Source of the DNA: Candidatus Omnitrophota bacterium | GTDB taxonomy: Bacteria; Omnitrophota; Gorgyraeia; Tantalellales; Tantalellaceae | DNA length: 64,000 nucleotides | Direction of reading: 5' to 3' | Assembly: GCA_014728045.1 (NCBI GenBank) | Contig: WJMH01000012.1 | Span: 63,239-127,238 of the forward strand | Shown here: positions 47,216 through 55,281 of the stretch, piece after piece | Layout: the number at the start of each line of letters is the position of its first letter | Numbering within the stretch: position 1 is the first letter of the stretch | The notes under the pieces: model-generated | What the model was told of the DNA's origin: nothing | Seen by the model: only the letters and a program-made list of their open reading frames with translations | The model's database searches: none | Translations under genes and position numbers: made by a program

Positions 47216-48625
47216 ATGTCATTGGAAAATAATATTAATCTTATAAGAAAAATAGAGGATCACCTTTCCGCACAAGTACCTATTCGCCTGGGCGTCAATA
47301 AAAAGAACGAACTTGCGCGGCTTGTCTATGAAATATGCCGCGGGCGTTCAGTGGAGCCGGAACAGGTGTTCATCCGTATAGACCTTGGCGGCATGGTCGA
47401 GAAAGGTAAGAACGGCCTCTTTCGCAGGATAAAAAAAGCTCTTCTCAAGTTGAGATATCCCTCTATGAGAGAGGGGGACGACCCGCATATCATGCCTTTT
47501 ACCGTCGATAAACCGGTGCCGGAGCCGGAGGCCTGGGATTTCAGGATCCTGCCGGAGAAAATATACGTGGAAAGGTCGGTCGAGAGCGTCGAATGGACCG
47601 GGTCTTTTCTCTCGCGCTTCCCGGAGGCAAGCGTGGATATTATAGACGATCCCGGGCAGATCCTGTCATCTTTCACCGGCAAATCCCAGGTCGAGCTTTA
47701 TAACGAAAGGTCCCGGCGGATCCTGGTCACGAAGAATAGATCCGGATACGTGAAACCCTGTCCCTGTACAAAGAACGTCCACAGGTGCGGTTACAACATA
47801 CTCAATCTGGGCTTCGGCTGCCCCATGGACTGTTCGTACTGTTACCTGCAGATGTACAGCAACTCACCATGGCTTGTGTTCCAGGCGAATGTTGATGATT
47901 ATCGCGCGCCGATAGAGGATTTCGATGCAAGGGTCGGCCGCAGGACGCGCATAGGTACGGGTGAATTCACCGATTCTCTCTATCTGGATAAGTATACCTC
48001 GTACTCCTCGTACCTCATACCCTTGTTCAGGCAGATGAGGAACCTTGTTCTTGAACTTAAGACGAAAACGGTCGATATCGAAAACGTTCTCAGGCACGAG
48101 CCCCATGATAACGTGGTGGTCTCCTGGTCCATCAACACAAGGAAGATGGCCCGGAAATACGAGAAAGGCGCCAGTTCGATCGATGAAAGAATACGGGCCG
48201 CTTCACGCGCCGCCGCAAGAGGGTTCAAAGTAGGTTTCCATTTTGACCCGATAATCTATTACGAAGGGTGGGAGGATGAGTACAGGCAAACCGTAGAAGA
48301 ACTGTTCTCGAACAGGGATATCCTAGAGAACACCGAATGGATGAGCCTGGGCACTTTACGTTATACTCCGGGTCTGAAGCAGGTCGCCGAGCAGAGGTTC
48401 GGGGAGAACCGGATGTATTACGCCGGGGAATTCTTTCTCGGCGCGGACGGAAAACTCAGGTATCCCGCCAGGCTCAGGAGCCTCATGTATAATAAAATGA
48501 TAGAATGGATAAGGGCTTATCCGACATCCGCCTGGATCTACCTGTGCATGGAGCCTGATGAGATATGGGGGGATACTCTGCTGGAGAAAAGCGATTATTC
48601 TTATGGTGCCAAGATAAGGGGGTAA
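47216..48625 (+). CDS. Spore photoproduct lyase-like radical SAM protein
   Basis: CxxxCxxC 'GCPMDCSYCYLQ', 'TGEFTDSL', 'ELKTK', 'GFHFDP', 'YLCME'. Confidence 0.85.
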   Translation: MSLENNINLIRKIEDHLSAQVPIRLGVNKKNELARLVYEICRGRSVEPEQVFIRIDLGGMVEKGKNGLFRRIKKALLKLRYPSMREGDDPHIMPFTVDKPVPEPEAWDFRILPEKIYVERSVESVEWTGSFLSRFPEASVDIIDDPGQILSSFTGKSQVELYNERSRRILVTKNRSGYVKPCPCTKNVHRCGYNILNLGFGCPMDCSYCYLQMYSNSPWLVFQANVDDYRAPIEDFDARVGRRTRIGTGEFTDSLYLDKYTSYSSYLIPLFRQMRNLVLELKTKTVDIENVLRHEPHDNVVVSWSINTRKMARKYEKGASSIDERIRAASRAAARGFKVGFHFDPIIYYEGWEDEYRQTVEELFSNRDILENTEWMSLGTLRYTPGLKQVAEQRFGENRMYYAGEFFLGADGKLRYPARLRSLMYNKMIEWIRAYPTSAWIYLCMEPDEIWGDTLLEKSDYSYGAKIRG

Positions 48626-48627
48626 AA

Positions 48628-49332
48628 ATGCGTTCAGTGAAGATATTGTTATCGGTCATGTTTTTTGCGGTCAATTGTTCTTTGGCTATCTCCCAGCCGG
48701 CCAGTCCGGAACCCGGAGAGATCGTGAAACTTCCTGAGCCCAGTCATGAAGGCAACGTGTCGGTGGAGGAGGCGATATACCAGCGCAAGTCAACAAGGAA
48801 TTTCTCGGACAGGGCGCTCACGCTAGATGAGGTTTCGCAGCTTCTCTGGGCCGCCGGGGGGAGTACCCATGATGGTCTGACCGGCCCGACCAGGTCCTAT
48901 CCTTCCGCCGGCGCTATTTATCCTCTTGAGATATACATTGTCGTAGGGGACGTGGTCGGTCTCAATAAGGGCATATATTCGTATGACTGGAGGAGACACC
49001 AGCTCGAACTGGTTAAAAAAGGCGATCTTCGCGATGAACTTTACAAGGCGGCTTTGTCCCAGAGAATGGTGCGCACGGCACCTCTTACGCTGGTGGTCAC
49101 TGCCCAGCATGCCAAGACCGCAAGAAGGTACGGCCAGCGAGGCGTCAACAGGTATGTGAGCATGGATACCGGTCACCTCGGACAGAATGTCCACCTGCAG
49201 GCGGAAAGCATGGGTCTGGGAACGGTTATGGTGGGCGCTTTCGTGGACAAAGAGGTAAGCAGGGTCCTGGGGACCGAAGAAGAGATGCCGGTTTACATTA
49301 TGCCGGTGGGGTATCCCTTGAAAAGATCATGA
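48628..49332 (+). CDS. SagB/ThcOx-type nitroreductase-family protein with signal peptide
   Basis: 'RKSTRNF', 'SQLLWA', 'PSAGAIYPLE', 'GHLGQNVHLQA', 'GAFVD'. Confidence 0.88.
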   Translation: MRSVKILLSVMFFAVNCSLAISQPASPEPGEIVKLPEPSHEGNVSVEEAIYQRKSTRNFSDRALTLDEVSQLLWAAGGSTHDGLTGPTRSYPSAGAIYPLEIYIVVGDVVGLNKGIYSYDWRRHQLELVKKGDLRDELYKAALSQRMVRTAPLTLVVTAQHAKTARRYGQRGVNRYVSMDTGHLGQNVHLQAESMGLGTVMVGAFVDKEVSRVLGTEEEMPVYIMPVGYPLKRS

Positions 49333-50435
49333 TAAGAGCCGATCTTAAGCGCATAGACGCCGCTATAAGCGAACTGGCAAGGGAAATAGATTTTTATCCC
49401 CTGCTCACGCCCGTCAACCGTCTGGAGGAACAGGAGAAGTTCTTCTTGAACCTGGCGAGGGAGAAGGAATATAATCCCCGGTTCATTTATAAAAAGAAGG
49501 ATTTCACCGGAGAGAAGGACACTCTCCGGAGGATGCGCGATAGCCTGAGGGAAGAGGATCTTCTGGAGGGCATCTTCCGCCGCAAGATCGATTTCATGCT
49601 GACCGAGCAGGAGCTATTGGATTGCGGGGACTGGTCTTTCGGCGAAGTGGCGAAAAAGCTGCACGGCACCCCCGAAGAGGGCTGCATCGAAAAAGCGGCG
49701 GCCATACTGGAAAATAGCCTTCAAAGTGATTACGCCTTTCCCGAGGAAAGCGTTACCCCGGAAGAGATGGCGGGGGAACTCAGCGAATATATGCGCGGGA
49801 AAGGCCTTGAATGGAAGGTCAGGATAACCGATAAGATCATACCCAAGATAACCGTATCGGGCAAGGACAGGACGCTGTATATTAACTCCCGGATAAGATA
49901 TACCCGGGCCGAGGTGCAGAGATTAAAAGTGCATGAGATAGAGGTTCATGTATACAGGGGCGCTAACGGAGCTGTTCAGCCCTACAGGATATTCACCGAA
50001 GGCCTTGCCGGCTACAACGAGACCGAAGAGGGCCTGGCCGTTATGATGGAAGATGTATCGGGTTGTCTTGAAGTGGATACGCGCCAGATGAAGCTCTATG
50101 CCGGACGCTCTCTGTCTACGCATCTTTGCATGAGGGGCTCGTTCTACGAGGCTTACAGGGGTCTGGAAAGGTATTTTCCGGGTTATATGGCTTACCGTCT
50201 TGTCGAAAGGGCCAAAAGGGGCATTTCGGACACTTCGCTGAAAGGATGTTTGACGAAAGGATCACATTATATCAGCGGATGGATAAAACTTCGCAAGTAT
50301 GTTGAACAACACAAGGATTTGAGTATAATCTATGTTGGGAAGGTCAGAATGGAAGACGCCGGATCGTTAGAAGAACTTTTGCGTGAGAATCTGCTGAAAC
50401 CGGCGCAGTATTTCCCGGATTTCAGATGCGGATAA
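49329..50435 (+). CDS. DUF1704 / MATCAP-like metallo-carboxypeptidase
   Basis: HExxxH motif 'HEIEVH', 'TEEGLA', 'RAKRG...TKG..Y..G', 'YVGKV'. Confidence 0.8.
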   Translation: MIRADLKRIDAAISELAREIDFYPLLTPVNRLEEQEKFFLNLAREKEYNPRFIYKKKDFTGEKDTLRRMRDSLREEDLLEGIFRRKIDFMLTEQELLDCGDWSFGEVAKKLHGTPEEGCIEKAAAILENSLQSDYAFPEESVTPEEMAGELSEYMRGKGLEWKVRITDKIIPKITVSGKDRTLYINSRIRYTRAEVQRLKVHEIEVHVYRGANGAVQPYRIFTEGLAGYNETEEGLAVMMEDVSGCLEVDTRQMKLYAGRSLSTHLCMRGSFYEAYRGLERYFPGYMAYRLVERAKRGISDTSLKGCLTKGSHYISGWIKLRKYVEQHKDLSIIYVGKVRMEDAGSLEELLRENLLKPAQYFPDFRCG

Positions 50436-51895
50436 GAGTTCCTGAAATGAAGAAAATAAGCGAATATCTTATTGAGAAATACGGCAAGTGGGGGTGGCTC
50501 GGGCAAAGAGCGCACGACGCCTGCGGGATAAACCGCATCCTTCCGCTGGATCTTATCATATGTTGTGATCACGGCAGGGAACTGCCCGTTTATTTCAGGC
50601 CGGAGGATGTTTATTCCGTGGAGGGCGGGACTGGTATACGCAGGGACTGGTCGAACGAGGACCTTAATGACAGCCTCAAGGGGGATCTTGGTCGCAGGAT
50701 AAGACGCAGGTTGGTGACGCAAGGCGGGAAAGTTAATCTGATCTGTTACAGGTCGGTAAGACGTCTTGAGAATGGAAAAGGCAGGTACAGAAATAATCCG
50801 CGCCTTCTCGCGGTCGCCCAGAGGATAAAAAAACGTTTCGACAACAAAGCTCTTCTGCACAGGAGCTTGCCCGGGCTTTCTCTTCCGCAGATACCCGGCA
50901 TCGTGGACAGGATCAGCAGGGCGGATTTCAAGAGGCTTCGAGAGGACCTCGAGCTTCCTTTCGTTATACAGTTCCCATACGGCTCCAGCGGGCACTATAC
51001 CTTTTTGATAAAAAGGCCGAAAGACCTGAAGAGCCTGGTGGAGCATCATCCTGAAGCCACCGCTCTCATCAGAAAGTATATTGACGGGTTTTCACTGAAC
51101 GTCAACGCTGTCGTACTTTCTTCCGGGAACGGCCCCAGAGTAATGTGTTCAGCCCCTTCGGTGCAGATGACAGGTATCCCCGAGTGCAGCAATTCCCCGG
51201 CGTCCTTCTGCGGGAACGATTATTCCGCGGCAAGGGACCTTGACCCTGCTCTTGTGCGTCAGGTCAAGAGCTATATGGAAACGATCGGCCGGTGGATGGC
51301 TTCTTCCGGGTTCAGGGGTCTTTTCGGCATGGATTTCGTGGTAAAGGACGGGACGGCATATCCGGTCGAGATAAACCCCAGGTTCCAGAACTCGACCTCT
51401 CTTTTGACGGTGCTTCATTCTTTATCAGCTAATCGAAAAGGAACGCTTTTCCTGTTGCACATAGCCGAATTCCTGCAGGATAAAGACGTTCTCCTAAGGC
51501 GTTATATAAAAGATTTTCCCGCAGAGGAACTCATGCGTCCGGTCGAGGGAAGCCAGCTTATCATACATAACCGTCTGGAAAAGAGACTGGTGACCGGTGA
51601 TCTCTTCCCGGGTGTCTACCGCCGGCAAAGAAAGGGCCTTAAGCACCTCAAGCAAGGCGCCTCACTGTGGGACTGCTCAGGGCCGGATGAATTTCTGCTG
51701 ACTTCGGGGGTGCCGGCTCCTTCACTTAGGGTAGAACCCAACGCGCCGGTCCTGAAGATACAGTCCCGGGGGAACCTGCTGGATATTTCCAATAAGAGGC
51801 GTCTTACTCCCGAGACCGCGAAAATAGTATCGCTAGTATACGAAAGGCTTTCGTTGAAAAAACCGGGCCGGGTAAAAACCGCCGAGCCCGCATGA
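50426..51895 (+). CDS. ATP-grasp domain protein
   Basis: 'FDNK', 'PFVIQFPYGSSG..TF', 'KYIDG', 'FCGND', 'GLFGMDF', 'EINPRFQ'. Confidence 0.82.
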   Translation: MRIRVPEMKKISEYLIEKYGKWGWLGQRAHDACGINRILPLDLIICCDHGRELPVYFRPEDVYSVEGGTGIRRDWSNEDLNDSLKGDLGRRIRRRLVTQGGKVNLICYRSVRRLENGKGRYRNNPRLLAVAQRIKKRFDNKALLHRSLPGLSLPQIPGIVDRISRADFKRLREDLELPFVIQFPYGSSGHYTFLIKRPKDLKSLVEHHPEATALIRKYIDGFSLNVNAVVLSSGNGPRVMCSAPSVQMTGIPECSNSPASFCGNDYSAARDLDPALVRQVKSYMETIGRWMASSGFRGLFGMDFVVKDGTAYPVEINPRFQNSTSLLTVLHSLSANRKGTLFLLHIAEFLQDKDVLLRRYIKDFPAEELMRPVEGSQLIIHNRLEKRLVTGDLFPGVYRRQRKGLKHLKQGASLWDCSGPDEFLLTSGVPAPSLRVEPNAPVLKIQSRGNLLDISNKRRLTPETAKIVSLVYERLSLKKPGRVKTAEPA

Positions 51896-51917
51896 TCTCA
51901 AAAGAAAAGGAAATCGC

Positions 51918-53495
51918 ATGATTGAACGTGACCCCAGATACTACGTCACAGGTTATGACGGGAGAGATCCCTATAAAGCCCCTTTTTACATCAACGCGTT
52001 AAGTTTTGACGGGGAGGAAGGGGGTTTCAACTGTTCCCTTATAGAGAAGTTCAACGAATTCATCAGGGGACATCGGATATCTTCATCCTGCCGCCTTGAA
52101 GGTTCTTTCAAAAAAGATTCCGTAAAGGTGCCTTCCAGGATAGTTGTGGTCAACGCTTCTCACGATGACCTGCCCACCTCTTATGAGACGGCCAGGATCT
52201 TTAATGATTTCTGCAGGGAGAAAGGCTATGCCGCCGAGGCCGTTGTGGTGAACACCCGGGAACACCTGCTTAAGGAGGTCAATGTCGATCCTGAGGAGAC
52301 TTTACTGGTCAGCCAGTGTGTTGACAAGAATGTATACAACGTTGCTCTGGCAGAAGAGCTGGCCCAGAAAGGTACGGTCACCGTCCCCGGCAGGGTCACC
52401 GCCCCGGGAAGCGTGTTCTCCGATAAGGACAGCACCTATCGGTTGCTTTCCGAGGAGGGAAGCGATTGGAGCAAGGTAGCAAGATATGTAAAGGTGCCCG
52501 TGGAGGGAAAGAGCGTCGAAGAGGTTGTTGATGAACTTTTCCAGGCGGTGGACGAGCTTGAACAGTTGACCGGGGATATTACATTCTTCGTTAAGCCTCA
52601 TGAAGGCGGCGGCGGACTGGGGGGTTTTCGCATAACCAAGGTGAAGGAGGGGTACATAATACCGGATCTATCCAAGGTTTCCGGGGACCTCTCCGAAATA
52701 CACCCGACCTTCATTGATTTCGACCTTTCCAGCGAGGCCAAATTAAGGGAGCTTTTGTGGATATACAGGCTTTTCGCAGGCAATGATAAAATGTCGGAAA
52801 ACTATTTGAAGGTTAAACTTCCCGTTATGAACAAGGACCAGACCGAAGCTATCGGTATCCTGAAAGAGTACCTCGCCGGCAGCGAGATAAAAAGGCACAA
52901 AAAACTTGCCGGTATGGTGCTCAGTCCGGAGAAAGCCCGCAGCACGCTGGTGGAGGCGATAAAGATCTTCGAAAAGAAGTTCTACAGAAGATATGTGCCG
53001 CTTGTTAACGAGCATATAGATTTCGGATTATGGGGATTGAGGGCCCATTACAGGCTTTCCACCGAAGGGCCCAGACTGGAGACGATGTATCACCGAATTT
53101 TCCAGCTCGGGTTCACCGAGGAAGGCCTGGGGTACGTGGGGTCGGATAATATCTCTAATAAACAGACCGGGGATCTTGAGATCACCAGGCTGGGACCGGT
53201 TAACCCGATAATGCTCGAGGCCATAGGAGGAGAGCAGGCGCTTTTTGATTCGCTGTTAAAGGGCGCAGAAGCTTTGGCCGAACTCAATGATCTTCTTGCG
53301 GATGAGGAGAAAGGATCCGTTCCGCTCAGGCTGCAGTTGGACCTGGCGACGATATCCCGCCGTATCGGAGAGGGCAATGCCGATACCGCACGGGGATTAT
53401 GCCTGGCCTCGCGCTGGTCTGATTTCGTGCGTAACGCCCGCCAGTGGCTTGAGGACAGCCTTGTGTATTATACAAAAGTAAAGGAGTCCGGTTGA
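51918..53495 (+). CDS. Divergent ATP-grasp-like protein
   Basis: 'FSDK', 'FFVKPHEGGGGLGG', 'VNEHID', 'LQLD', ExN motif 'IGEGNAD'. Confidence 0.6.
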   Translation: MIERDPRYYVTGYDGRDPYKAPFYINALSFDGEEGGFNCSLIEKFNEFIRGHRISSSCRLEGSFKKDSVKVPSRIVVVNASHDDLPTSYETARIFNDFCREKGYAAEAVVVNTREHLLKEVNVDPEETLLVSQCVDKNVYNVALAEELAQKGTVTVPGRVTAPGSVFSDKDSTYRLLSEEGSDWSKVARYVKVPVEGKSVEEVVDELFQAVDELEQLTGDITFFVKPHEGGGGLGGFRITKVKEGYIIPDLSKVSGDLSEIHPTFIDFDLSSEAKLRELLWIYRLFAGNDKMSENYLKVKLPVMNKDQTEAIGILKEYLAGSEIKRHKKLAGMVLSPEKARSTLVEAIKIFEKKFYRRYVPLVNEHIDFGLWGLRAHYRLSTEGPRLETMYHRIFQLGFTEEGLGYVGSDNISNKQTGDLEITRLGPVNPIMLEAIGGEQALFDSLLKGAEALAELNDLLADEEKGSVPLRLQLDLATISRRIGEGNADTARGLCLASRWSDFVRNARQWLEDSLVYYTKVKESG

Positions 53496-55198
53496 ATTCG
53501 GTCTACATAACAATATTTTCTATTCTGGTCTTGTGGGCGGCTTATCACTTTTACGGTAATTACATAGCCAGGAAGGTGTTCCGTGCCAGGAGGGACAACC
53601 CCGTGCCCAGCGAAGAGCTGAGAGACGATGTGGACTACGTGCCCACGAACAGGGAAGTGCTTTTCGGTCACCATTTCGCTTCGATAGCGGGTACCGGCCC
53701 CATTGTAGGACCCGCCATAGCCGTTATCTGGGGATGGGTGCCCGCGCTTATCTGGATACTGGTTGGTTCAATTTTCGCGGGCGCGGTTCATGACTACGCT
53801 TCCTTGATGATGTCCACCCGGAAAAAAGGCGTATCCATCGGTGAGCTCTCAAAAGGGGTCATCAGCCCACGGGTCAGGACGCTTTTTCTTTTCGTTATAC
53901 TGTTCGCCCTGTGGATAGTCGTCGCCATATTCGGGATGGTGATGGCGGTAATATTCAAGATGTACCCGCAAGCGGTGTTCCCGGTGTGGATACAGATACC
54001 GATAGCGGTATCTGTGGGATGGCTGGCGTACCGCAAAAAGTGGAATATGACGGTAATGTCCATCGTCGCGGTGGTCCTTATGTACGCGTCCATAATTGTC
54101 GGGGTCAGCATGCCGCTCAGCATGCCCGGACTTTTCGGTCTTACGCCCATGGCCATGTGGATAATAGTGCTTTTTATCTACGCGTACATAGCCTCGGTGT
54201 TGCCTGTCTGGACACTTTTACAACCACGCGATTACGTTAATTCGCACCAGCTGATAGTTGGTATAATTCTTATAGTGCTTGGTATCTTTTTCGCGCATCC
54301 GGTGATGGTCGCCCCGGCCGTACAGCTCGCGCCCGACGGGGCTCCGCCCATACTGCCGTTCCTTTTTATAACCATCGCCTGCGGGGCCATCAGCGGTTTT
54401 CATTCGCTGGTCAGTTCCGGCACCAGCTCAAAACAGCTGAAGAACGAGGAGGATGTTCATTTTGTGGCATACGGCGGCATGCTCGCAGAGGGCCTTGTCG
54501 GAGTGCTTGTTGTGGTGGCAGTGGCCGCGGGGATAGGTATTTTCGCGAAAACAGCCACCGGTGAGGTGCTGAGTGGAAGCGCCGCGTGGGAGTATCATTA
54601 CTCGAGCTGGGAAGCGGCTCGGGGGCTTACCGCGAAGGTAGCCGCTTTCGTTAACGGCTCGGCCAACATGCTTACGGCCCTGGGGATCCCGCTTGAGTAC
54701 GGACAGGCCGTTATTGGCGTTCTCATCGCTTCTTTTGCCGGTACTACTCTCGATACGGCCACCCGTATACAAAGGTACGTGGTGACGGAGCTGGCGGTCG
54801 ATTATAAAATCAAACCTATGCAGAAAAGGTATCCCGCGACTGCTCTTGTTGTCCTTGCCGCGGCGGCTCTTGCCTTCAGTGAAGGAAGCGGCAAGGGGGC
54901 GCTGCTTTTATGGCCGCTTTTCGGTATAAGCAACCAGCTTCTGGCGGGACTGGTTCTGCTTGTTGCGACGATATACATCATCAAGGAGGAGAGGACCAAT
55001 GCCTGGACAACAGGCGTACCGATGATATTCATGATAATCACATCCAGCTGGGCGATGACGGTAGGGCTTGTTAATTTCTATAATACGGGATCGCATCTCA
55101 GGTTCGTTATCGGCAGCATGCTGTTCCTGTTGGAGATATGGATGATAATCGAGGCGGTTTTATACCTTCAAAGAAGAAAGAAAGGCGAGCGCCTGTAG
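53492..55198 (+). CDS. cstA: Carbon starvation protein A (peptide/pyruvate transporter)
   Basis: 'FGHHFASIAGTGPIVGP', 'LLQPRDY', 'ITIACGAISGFHSL', 'TTLDTATR', 'WPLFG..NQLLA'. Confidence 0.95.
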   Translation: MNSVYITIFSILVLWAAYHFYGNYIARKVFRARRDNPVPSEELRDDVDYVPTNREVLFGHHFASIAGTGPIVGPAIAVIWGWVPALIWILVGSIFAGAVHDYASLMMSTRKKGVSIGELSKGVISPRVRTLFLFVILFALWIVVAIFGMVMAVIFKMYPQAVFPVWIQIPIAVSVGWLAYRKKWNMTVMSIVAVVLMYASIIVGVSMPLSMPGLFGLTPMAMWIIVLFIYAYIASVLPVWTLLQPRDYVNSHQLIVGIILIVLGIFFAHPVMVAPAVQLAPDGAPPILPFLFITIACGAISGFHSLVSSGTSSKQLKNEEDVHFVAYGGMLAEGLVGVLVVVAVAAGIGIFAKTATGEVLSGSAAWEYHYSSWEAARGLTAKVAAFVNGSANMLTALGIPLEYGQAVIGVLIASFAGTTLDTATRIQRYVVTELAVDYKIKPMQKRYPATALVVLAAAALAFSEGSGKGALLLWPLFGISNQLLAGLVLLVATIYIIKEERTNAWTTGVPMIFMIITSSWAMTVGLVNFYNTGSHLRFVIGSMLFLLEIWMIIEAVLYLQRRKKGERL

Positions 55199-55265
55199 CT
55201 CAGCTGGATAGAGCAACTGGCTTCGAACCAGTAGGTCGCAGGTTCAAGTCCTGCCGGGCGCGCCA
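55189..55265 (+). tRNA. tRNA-Arg(UCG)
   Basis: GCGCCTG acceptor stem; arm ACTGG-CTTCGAA-CCAGT; GGTTCAAGTCC; CCA. Overlaps the last 10 nt of cstA. Confidence 0.93.
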
Positions 55266-55281
55266 TAAAAAGGGGACAATA

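Noticed and set aside
55138-55281. 48-aa N-terminal extension of nadE in the ORF track
   Set aside because: It runs through cstA and tRNA-Arg. The true start is ATG 55282 after AAGGGG.
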